Below the pieces are notes generated by a model, which saw only the letters and a program-made list of their open reading frames with translations, did no database searches and was not told the origin of the DNA. The position numbers were made by a program, and so were the translations under genes. A DNA stretch of 48,750 nt, filler included, from an uncultured virus (IMG/VR IMGVR_UViG_2061766007_001580) (lineage: Duplodnaviria > Heunggongvirae > Uroviricota > Caudoviricetes). It is 3 parts of one record of this genome, joined end to end, with 100 filler letters (N's around TTAATTAATTAA, not from the genome) between each part and the next. Parts side by side here need not be neighbours in the genome. Positions count along the whole stretch, not along the records: positions 5,632 to 36,609 come from IMGVR_UViG_2061766007_001580; 2 more parts are not named here. One strand, 5' to 3'. This document shows positions 7,217-15,638 of the stretch, one piece after another. Position 1 is the first letter of the stretch. Every line of letters begins with the position of its first letter.

Positions 7217-7847
7217 ATGAACATATTTTGGTATGAAGTAAACGAGGCATGGTCTGAGGCCAGTTTAGTATGGTTATGGAGTTTTATAAAGGCGTGTAAG
7301 CGTAGTGACAGCCGTATTGATGTAGGGTTAGAGATATGGTGTGAGGAAGGCGAGTGGGTTGATAGTTATAAGTGTAAAGTGGCTGAGATAATTGACGGCT
7401 GGGTAGAGTATTATAACGTAAGGGAGTTTAATTTTGACGAAGTACCTGAGATCGAGGTTGAGGGTCGGTGCATTGACAGCAGGAGTGTAAAGATAGCCGT
7501 GTCGAGGATATGGCATTACAATGAGATGGTACGTGAGAACAGCATATCAGCAGTTGGTGTAAACGAGATAAATTACAGTTACAATGAACATGTAAGGCTT
7601 ATTCACTGTGACATTGACGGGGTATTTACGGAGAGGTTTGACTTAGGGCGGTTTTTAGGTGAAGTGCGAGAAGTTCCGAGAGGTTGTATAGGTGGTTGTA
7701 ACGAGTATGATGATATAGCCGAGGGGTTGTTAGAAACTCATGATCGGGGTTTCATGGAGAGATTAGGCGGAGTATATTTGAATTGTGGGATGATGGTGTT
7801 CAATGTGGGAATAATTAACGTATCTGAGCTGACCGATTATATCGGCA
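7217..7847 (+). CDS. hypothetical protein, N-terminal part; continues in fragments 10466-10798 and 10049-10295
   Basis: SD GAGGTG before ATG 7217; ETHDR.FMERLGG and RYNYTFRKKK overlaps link the three fragments into one gene of roughly 320 aa. Confidence 0.75.
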
Positions 7848-7949
7848 NNNNNNNNNNGGTCTGGTATGATTTAATTCCTAGTAAGTTAGTATAGTTTTAT
7901 TGTTAAAAAATTGTTAAATTTTAAAAAGTCAAGAGTTTTATGCTAAAAA

Positions 7950-8003
7950 TGCGATAAATATCACAAAATAAAAAAGTAAATTAAAATTGTGATAAAAATC
8001 ACA
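7950..8003. promoter_or_regulatory. two CRP-box-like sites
   Basis: TGCGA-taaata-TCACA at 7950-7965 and TGTGA-taaaaa-TCACA at 7988-8003, AT-rich flanks. Confidence 0.65.
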
Positions 8004-8021
8004 AAAAATTAAATAAAGTGA

Positions 8022-8050
8022 TTGACTAATTTTTTAAAAACAACTAGAAT
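8022..8050 (+). promoter_or_regulatory. sigma70 promoter TTGACT-17-TAGAAT
   Basis: 17-bp spacer, 35 bp upstream of ATG 8086. Confidence 0.75.
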
Positions 8051-8085
8051 GTAAGTACGTTAAAAATCATTTAAGGAGTGCAAAA

Positions 8086-8478
8086 ATGATAAAAAATTCT
8101 AACTTAAATACAGTGTTTAAACAGAGTGTAAAAACACTGTTAGAAGGTAACTTTTTTAATGGTGCTCATGTTTCAATCGCTCAAAAAATCAATGATGAAA
8201 AAATGCCGTTTGATTTTAAGGTAGACTTTAGAATTGTAAGAAAGTCAAAAAAAGAAGATCATAAAGATGTTTACACCGTACAGTTCAACGATATTGATCT
8301 ACTTGATGATTTAAATAATGATGTATCATCTGAATTTACAGTTTATGGTGAAATTAGACTGTTTCAACTTATAAATGCACTGTTAGATCAATCTATGTTA
8401 GACGGTGTAGCTAAATGCACAATTTGTGATCGTGATGATGATAAAGTATGTGAATTTAATTTTGTGTGGGAGGGTTAA
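8086..8478 (+). CDS. hypothetical protein
   Basis: 130-aa ORF, SD AAGGAG. Confidence 0.85.
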   Translation: MIKNSNLNTVFKQSVKTLLEGNFFNGAHVSIAQKINDEKMPFDFKVDFRIVRKSKKEDHKDVYTVQFNDIDLLDDLNNDVSSEFTVYGEIRLFQLINALLDQSMLDGVAKCTICDRDDDKVCEFNFVWEG

Positions 8479-8481
8479 AAA

Positions 8482-8733
8482 ATGACGTACGCAAAATTAC
8501 TGGCGGTAGTTGTAACTACTTTAATGTTTAACGGCACAAAGATTAAAGAAGTGCCAATGGCACATCATGATCTGATAACTTTAAAGGCAGTTATTGAAGG
8601 TTTTAACGGTTCTACTCTTGTTAACGTTACTGAGGTTTTAGCTAACTTCAAGAAGTCTACAGGGTTAACAGTATCTAACAGTGATCTTTTAACGTATTTT
8701 AGTAATTTAGGTGTACAGTTTTATACTGTATAG
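8482..8733 (+). CDS. early gene A (complete allele)
   Basis: 83-aa ORF, SD GGAGGG, conserved among alleles. Confidence 0.85.
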   Translation: MTYAKLLAVVVTTLMFNGTKIKEVPMAHHDLITLKAVIEGFNGSTLVNVTEVLANFKKSTGLTVSNSDLLTYFSNLGVQFYTV

Positions 8734-8781
8734 TTTTGAAGGAATTGACCGCCACAAATACGGCGGTCTTAAGGGGAAAAA

Positions 8782-9048
8782 ATGATAAAAGTTAGACCAT
8801 TGAAAGTGAACGATAAAACAGTGAATAATCACTATTTAATTGACTGTAAACAGTACACTGTTTTCCAGTCATACGAGACGCCGATCGCTATTGTGGATCA
8901 TTCCAATGGAAGTATCAGAGTCACTGATAAAAAATATTCGAGAACCACATCAAAATATACTAACTTATTTTTAAATAAGTATAAAAATTATGATGTGTTT
9001 TTTGTTACTGAAGATGAACTGGAGGATATAATAAGATTATGTATCTAA
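8782..9048 (+). CDS. early gene B (second complete allele)
   Basis: 88 aa, clearly homologous to 6507-6773. Confidence 0.85.
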   Translation: MIKVRPLKVNDKTVNNHYLIDCKQYTVFQSYETPIAIVDHSNGSIRVTDKKYSRTTSKYTNLFLNKYKNYDVFFVTEDELEDIIRLCI

Positions 9049-10282
9049 TTTTNNNNNNNNNNNNNNNNNNNNNNNNNNNNNNNNNNNNNNNNNNNNNNNN
9101 NNNNNNNNNNNNNNNNNNNNNNNNNNNNNNNNNNNNNNNNNNNNNNNNNNNNNNNNNNNNNNNNNNNNNNNNNNNNNNNNNNNNNNNNNNNNNNNNNNNN
9201 NNNNNNNNNNNNNNNNNNNNNNNNNNNNNNNNNNNNNNNNNNNNNNNNNNNNNNNNNNNNNNNNNNNNNNNNNNNNNNNNNNNNNNNNNNNNNNNNNNNN
9301 NNNNNNNNNNNNNNNNNNNNNNNNNNNNNNNNNNNNNNNNNNNNNNNNNNNNNNNNNNNNNNNNNNNNNNNNNNNNNNNNNNNNNNNNNNNNNNNNNNNN
9401 NNNNNNNNNNNNNNNNNNNNNNNNNNNNNNNNNNNNNNNNNNNNNNNNNNNNNNNNNNNNNNNNNNNNNNNNNNNNNNNNNNNNNNNNNNNNNNNNNNNN
9501 NNNNNNNNNNNNNNNNNNNNNNNNNNNNNNNNNNNNNNNNNNNNNNNNNNNNNNNNNNNNNNNNNNNNNNNNNNNNNNNNNNNNNNNNNNNNNNNNNNNN
9601 NNNNNNNNNNNNNNNNNNNNNNNNNNNNNNNNNNNNNNNNNNNNNNNNNNNNNNNNNNNNNNNNNNNNNNNNNNNNNNNNNNNNNNNNNNNNNNNNNNNN
9701 NNNNNNNNNNNNNNNNNNNNNNNNNNNNNNNNNNNNNNNNNNNNNNNNNNNNNNNNNNNNNNNNNNNNNNNNNNNNNNNNNNNNNNNNNNNNNNNNNNNN
9801 NNNNNNNNNNNNNNNNNNNNNNNNNNNNNNNNNNNNNNNNNNNNNNNNNNNNNNNNNNNNNNNNNNNNNNNNNNNNNNNNNNNNNNNNNNNNNNNNNNNN
9901 NNNNNNNNNNNNNNNNNNNNNNNNNNNNNNNNNNNNNNNNNNNNNNNNNNNNNNNNNNNNNNNNNNNNNNNNNNNNNNNNNNNNNNNNNNNNNNNNNNNN
10001 NNNNNNNNNNNNNNNNNNNNNNNNNNNNNNNNNNNNNNNNNNNNNNNNGAGGTACAATTACACATTCAGGAAGAAGAAAAGGCTTGACACCATTCACGAG
10101 TTTATGCTACCATATTTTGTGCATTTTTACGGAGATGCAAAGCCGTTTAAGAGGAACGTATCGTTACCGCTTGACGGAGAGATATATGAATATTGGGGCG
10201 AGTATTTCAGGAATGTAGATGAAATTCGGGGAATACTTAGTAAAGAGTTTTATCTTTTATGCAGGGAGAATTATGTAGTATC

Positions 10283-10455
10283 ATGCAGATATTGAGGTGG
10301 TGTATTGAGTTCACTGTACAGAGCATATGGTGTGTTGTTGGGTGTGTTGTTGTATGGGTGACGTATAATTTAGGCATATGGTGGTGTGGTGGAATAGCGA
10401 GCGTAGTTTATTTTTACGCATTATACTTTGGTTATGATGTGTCAGCTCGTTACAT
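10283..10455 (+). CDS. small two-TM membrane protein (3' truncated by gap)
   Basis: MQILRWCIEFTVQSIWCVVGCVVVWVTYNLGIWWCGGIASVVYFYALYFG; overlaps the upstream stop. Confidence 0.5.
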
Positions 10456-10808
10456 NNNNNNNNNNGGAAACTCATGATCGGGATTTCATGGAGAGATTAG
10501 GCGGTGTATATTTGAATTGTGGGATGATGGTGTTCAATGTGGGGATAATTAACGTATCTGAGCTGACCGATTATATCGGCAGTGCCTTTTGTTTGGAGCA
10601 GGACTATGTGAATGAGAGATATGTAAAGTATTGTTTAGATGAAAGGTACAATTACACATTCAGGAAGAAGAAAAGGCTTGACACCATCCATGAGTTTATG
10701 CTACCATATTTTGTGCATTTTTACGGAGATGCGAAGCCGTTCAAGAGAAACGTATCGTTACCGCTTGACGGAGAGATATATGAATATTGGGGCGAGTANN
10801 NNNNNNNN

Positions 10809-11203
10809 TTAAAGAGGCTAAAGAGGTTAAAGAATTTGATGGTCACATCAAAGACGATGAAATTGTTGTGCAGAGGGTTGCCGAGTTTGGGTGGTTGTTA
10901 GCCGATGCGATAGGTGTAAAAGATGAAGTGTACAATGAGGAAGATTTTTTACCGCATACCACCAACTCCAACCCCGATTCCAACCACGATTCCAACCCCT
11001 CTAGCACATTAAGAGATGGTGACTACGATCATCTCAGCAGTTACGAGATTGAACGCTTATGCAAGGCGTTAGGGATAACTGTAAAGACGTATCAGGAGAG
11101 GGTTAAGCGAGGGTTAAGCAAGAAAGAGGCGTTGACTGTAAAGAAGCATTACAACAACAACGGCAATTTCAAGCGGTACAAATCGGCCTTACCGAGCGTA
11201 TAA
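10809..11203 (+). CDS. protein with C-terminal HTH-like DNA-binding motif (5' truncated)
   Basis: IERLCKALGITVKTYQERVKRGLSKKEALT resembles phage HTH tails; SNPD/SNHD low-complexity linker. Confidence 0.6.
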
Positions 11204-11269
11204 CCCTCACTTAACTATCACTTTTTAGTATTATTTTATGTATTATTTTGAATAAAGGACAATAGAAAA

Positions 11270-11876
11270 ATGAGTGAAGTATTAGTAAAGTACATTGACA
11301 GCTACCTTCCTGAATTAAGCAAGAAGGAAGGGGATTGTGGATTTGATTTAAGGTGTGTTTTGCAGGATTCCATTACCTTAGAACCTAACGAGACGTATGT
11401 TGTGCCGACTGGTGTCGCTATTGCCATGCCGAATGGTGTCGGTGGTTTTGTGTTTCCGAGAAGTGGTCTTGGCTGTAAGGGGTTGGTGTTAAGGAATTTA
11501 ACAGGTGTAATTGACAGCAACTACCGAGGCGAGATTAAGGTCTGCTTATGGAACACATCATCAACCAGTATCACTATACAGCCGTANNNNNNNNNNTATG
11601 CCGAATGGTGTCGGTGGCTTTGTGTTTCCCCGTTCAGGTCTTGGCTGTAAAGGGTTGGTGTTAAGGAATTTAACAGGTGTAATTGACAGCAACTATCGAG
11701 GTGAGATCAAGGTCTGCTTATGGAACACATCATCAACCAGCATCACTATACAGCCGTATGACCGTATTGCACAGCTTGTATTCCTGCCTTATATAACCCC
11801 TGCTCTGAAAGCCGTGAATGAACTGCCTAGCTCAGAGCGTGGCGAAGGTGGGTTTGGTTCTACTGGTGTAAAGTAG
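11270..11876 (+). CDS. dut: trimeric dUTPase (two overlapping allele fragments)
   Basis: Motifs CGFDL, PRSGLG, GVIDSNYRGEI, RIAQLV, RGEGGFGSTG. Confidence 0.97.
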
Positions 11877-12130
11877 GAATTTATGATATTTATGCTATAA
11901 TATAGTTGCTTGGGTTTTTCCTCGCTCNNNNNNNNNNNNNNNNNNNNNNNNNNNNNNNNNNNNNNNNNNNNNNNNNNNNNNNNNNNNNNNNNNNNNNNNN
12001 NNNNNNNNNNNNNNNNNNNNNNNNNNNNNNNNNNNNNNNNNNNNNNNNNNNNNNNNNNNNNNNNNNNNNNNNNNNNNNNNNNNNNNNNNNNNNNNTCGAA
12101 TAAAACCGTCATGTCGTAAAGGGGTTGTCC

Positions 12131-13021
12131 ATGATCTACAGTAGCAAAATCAGTCCACAAGGCAAGAGAGCATTAANNNNNNNNNNATCGTAAAGGGGTT
12201 GTCCATGATCTACAGTAGCAAAATCAGTCCACAAGGAAAGAGAGCATTAAGAACATTACAAAAGACATTTAGTTGGAATGATGATCAGCTTGATTATCTA
12301 ATTGCGTGTATGGCATTTGAGAGTAATCTTAATCCACAGGCAATCAACAAGACTTCCAAAGCCGTGGGGCTGATTCAGTTCATGCCCTCAATCTGTAAAG
12401 CCTACGGCACAACATCNNNNNNNNNNTCGAATTTAAACCCTAAAGCGGTCAATTCGGTTTCCAAAGCTGTAGGGCTGATTCAGTTCATGCCCTCAATCTG
12501 TAAAGCCTACGGCACAACATCTGAGGAGATGTTAGCCCGTTCATTTGAGGAACAGATACCTTATATAATCAAGCATTTTCTCCCTTACTACAAGCGTACA
12601 AAGACCTTATCAGACATGTACATGGCTATTTTAATGCCGAAGTACATTGGCAAGCCCGAAGACACCCCTATATTCTCNNNNNNNNNNCAAAACCTTGAGT
12701 GATATGTACATGGCCATTTTAATGCCGAAGTACATTGGCAAGCCCGAAGACACTCCTATATTCTCAATTCTTGACACCCCAACACAATATCGTCAGAATA
12801 AGGGGTTAGATCTTAACAAAAATGGTGTTATTACCAAAAAAGAGGCTTCNNNNNNNNNNAAAGACCTTATCCGACATGTACATGGCCATTTTAATGCCGA
12901 AGTACATTGGCAAGCCCGAAGACACTCCTATATTCTCAATTCTTGACACTCCGACTCAGTATCGTCAGAACAAGGGGTTAGATCTTAACAAAAATGGTGT
13001 TATTACCAAAAAAGAGGCTTC
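12131..13021 (+). CDS. allele fragments of lytic transglycosylase endolysin
   Basis: CMAFES catalytic Glu, GLIQFMP motif, EF-hand-like DLNKNGVIT; these fragments fill the gap in 13639-14243. Confidence 0.85.
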
Positions 13022-13126
13022 NNNNNNNNNNTCCTGTTCTCACTTCCGTGAATGAACTGCCTAGTTCAGAGCGTGGCGAAGGTGGGTTTGGTTCTACTGG
13101 TGTAAAGTAGTAATTTATGATATTTA

Positions 13127-13209
13127 TGCTATAATATAGTTGCTTGGGTTTTTCCTCGCTCTAAAACGAAGTATTAAAGGCTGTACTCCCCAAAAGTACG
13201 GCCTTTTTT
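13127..13209 (+). ncRNA. candidate sRNA of about 67 nt between an extended -10 promoter and a terminator
   Basis: TGCTATAAT at 13127-13135, no ORF, AAAGGCTGTAC/GTACGGCCTTT stem plus T tract ending 13209; contains TCCTCGCT. Confidence 0.5.
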
Positions 13210-13638
13210 GTTGTCGAAAACGCTCTCAAAAATCGTGATGTTGATTTTTCATGTATAATAGGCGTAAAGTGAGTTTTTGTGATTAACTGCTTTACCGAGC
13301 AAACCTCAGAGTAAAAAAAGAACATAAAAAANNNNNNNNNNCCCTGTTCTCACTTCCGTGAATGAACTGCCTAGCTCAGAGCGTGGCGAAGGTGGGTTTG
13401 GTTCTNNNNNNNNNNCGTGTTCCCCAAAAGTCGGCCTTTTTTGTTTTCTCTTTTCTTTCGTTTTCCCTCGAAAACGCTCTCAAAAATCAACATCACGATT
13501 TTTCATGTATAATAGGCGTAAAGTGAGTTTTTGTAATTAACTGCTTTACCGAGCAAACCTCAGAGTAAAAAAAGAACATAAAAAACCTTGCAAAAACTCA
13601 CGGCCGTGTAAAACCGTCATGTCGTAAAGGGGTAGTCC

Positions 13639-14243
13639 ATGATCTACAGTAGCAAAATCAGTCCACAAGGCAAGAGAGCATTAANNNNNNNNNNNNNNNN
13701 NNNNNNNNNNNNNNNNNNNNNNNNNNNNNNNNNNNNNNNNNNNNNNNNNNNNNNNNNNNNNNNNNNNNNNNNNNNNNNNNNNNNNNNNNNNNNNNNNNNN
13801 NNNNNNNNNNNNNNNNNNNNNNNNNNNNNNNNNNNNNNNNNNNNNNNNNNNNNNNNNNNNNNNNNNNNNNNNNNNNNNNNNNNNNNNNNNNNNNNNNNNN
13901 NNNNNNNNNNNNNNNNNNNNNNNNNNNNNNNNNNNNNNNNNNNNNNNNNNNNNNNNNNNNNNNNNNNNNNNNNNNNNNNNNNNNNNNNNNNNNNNNNNNN
14001 NNNNNNNNNNNNNNNNNNNNNNNNNNNNNNNNNNNNNNNNNNNNNNNNNNNNNNNNNNNNNNNNNNNNNNNNNNNNNNNNNNNNNNNNNNNNNNNNNNNN
14101 NNNNNNNNNNNNNNNNNNNNNNNNNNNNNNNNNNNNNNNNNNNNNNNNNNNNNNNNNNTTCAATGGTTTACAGCCGTTACCAAAAGGGTTTACTTGACGT
14201 ATCAGAGGACAGCCCTTTTGCTGAGGTTAAGGAGAGGCGATAG
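13639..14243 (+). CDS. endolysin, SLT-type lytic transglycosylase (middle is a gap)
   Basis: MIYSSKISPQGKRAL start, C-terminus MVYSRYQKGLLDVSEDSPFAEVKERR* ending at TAG 14243 just before the holin. Confidence 0.8.
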
Positions 14244-14558
14244 ATGTTTGAATGGGAACAGTTACGAGATGTGCTAAACGGCTTATTATTTGCTATGATT
14301 GCTGGTTTAGGCGGATCTGTCGGATATTTAAGTTCCATTTTTGGCAGGAGGAAGAAGTTTGTATTAGTGGATTTGCTGATAAAGACCATTTCTTCTGCGT
14401 TTGCTGGTATGCTGATTGGGTGGATATTATCGTACTATCAGTACCCATTGACGATTATATGTTCCGTAACTGGTACTGCTGGTTATATCGGTGCTGATTT
14501 CACGATAAACCTGATTAAGCGTATTATCTTAGATAAAGCTGACATCAACAAGAGGTAA
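14244..14558 (+). CDS. holin (LydA-like, three TM)
   Basis: Three hydrophobic segments, GTAGYIGA motif, basic C-terminus, between endolysin and spanin. Confidence 0.85.
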   Translation: MFEWEQLRDVLNGLLFAMIAGLGGSVGYLSSIFGRRKKFVLVDLLIKTISSAFAGMLIGWILSYYQYPLTIICSVTGTAGYIGADFTINLIKRIILDKADINKR

Positions 14559-14562
14559 GGTT

Positions 14563-15057
14563 ATGATAGCATTAAAGTTTTTACCTGTTATATTGTCGGG
14601 GTTATGTTGGGTATTTGTGTTTGGCGGTGGGTATTGGATGGGATGCAACGCCACCAAACAGAAGTACACTATTGAGGATCAGGCGAAAGAGATAGAGTAT
14701 CACAGCAAGATCAATGCTCTTATTGATCAGATACGGTCGCAGGAATTAGCCAATCAGAGCAGAATTAACGATATAATGGCCAACCATGTTGTAAACGAGG
14801 AGGCGATAAGGAACGAATATGAAAAGACTATTGAAGATTTGCGTAGTGACAAACTTGTTGTTGCTAACAGCCTGCACCTCAACAAAGACTGTTCAGCCAG
14901 TAAATCTGTGTCCTCAACAGCCGATAATTCCAGCGAGCTTGTCTGTTTCACCAAGCGTGAACTTTACGCAAAGATTGAAAGAAGTATGGCTATTGCCAGC
15001 GAAGCAGACCGATTAGCTGAGAGGTACAATGCTTTATTAGCCGTATGCAAGAAATAA
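14563..15057 (+). CDS. i-spanin (Rz-like)
   Basis: N-terminal TM, coiled-coil periplasmic region, ADRLAERYNAL tail. Confidence 0.85.
   Translation: MIALKFLPVILSGLCWVFVFGGGYWMGCNATKQKYTIEDQAKEIEYHSKINALIDQIRSQELANQSRINDIMANHVVNEEAIRNEYEKTIEDLRSDKLVVANSLHLNKDCSASKSVSSTADNSSELVCFTKRELYAKIERSMAIASEADRLAERYNALLAVCKK
14819..15016 (+). CDS. o-spanin lipoprotein (Rz1-like) embedded in +1 frame
   Basis: SD GGAGG upstream, signal peptide MKRLLKICVVTNLLLLTA-C lipobox, Pro-rich mature part. Confidence 0.85.
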   Translation: MKRLLKICVVTNLLLLTACTSTKTVQPVNLCPQQPIIPASLSVSPSVNFTQRLKEVWLLPAKQTD

Positions 15058-15084
15058 ATTTAATAATTACAAAGGCAACATGAG

Positions 15085-15558
15085 ATGGAAAACGAGATTC
15101 AAATTGTCAGCACACAGCTATCAGAAAGGCAGAAAAAGTTATTTGATGAATTTTTAGATGAATATTACAAGGACTATGATGCTGAGAGAGCGTGTTTACG
15201 TTTAGGGGTTGAGCCTGATAGTATCAACCGAGCGTTATTATACTTTTTTCAGTCTCCTTACATTCAGAAAAAACTTGCTGAGAACGCTGTTTTAGACAAG
15301 CCTGATACGCAGGAAGCCGTAGACAAGGCGTTTTTTTATGTAGTAAACAAGTTGCGAGCCGTAGCTGACAACGGTTCAAACAAAGAGCGACTTGAGGCGT
15401 GTAAGCAGTTAGCTCTCATATATGGTCTGAACAAACCTGTAGACATTCGTACCAACAGCAGTTTCACCAATGTGATCATGTCTCCGCAACCTGTAAGTGA
15501 TGCTGAATGGGAAGAACAGGCAAGTGTAACAATGGAAGCTAACTACGATGGTCAGTAG
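15085..15558 (+). CDS. terS: terminase small subunit
   Basis: LSERQKKLFDEFLDEYYKDYDAERACLRLG HTH and RLEACKQLA motif; upstream of TerL. Confidence 0.85.
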   Translation: MENEIQIVSTQLSERQKKLFDEFLDEYYKDYDAERACLRLGVEPDSINRALLYFFQSPYIQKKLAENAVLDKPDTQEAVDKAFFYVVNKLRAVADNGSNKERLEACKQLALIYGLNKPVDIRTNSSFTNVIMSPQPVSDAEWEEQASVTMEANYDGQ

Positions 15559-15634
15559 CAGTTTGTTGTTTGGTGTTGCATTAGGTATTCTGTTGCACAC
15601 CATGTATGATTGGTATTTGAATAACAAGAAATAA
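15548..15634 (+). CDS. 28-aa membrane peptide MVSSSLLFGVALGILLHTMYDWYLNNKK
   Basis: Exactly fills the TerS-TerL interval, overlapping the TerS stop; weak SD. Confidence 0.45.
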   Translation: MVSSSLLFGVALGILLHTMYDWYLNNKK

Positions 15635-15638
15635 TAAT

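Noticed and set aside
2602..14158. Long ORFs made of X residues
   Set aside because: N runs translated without stops
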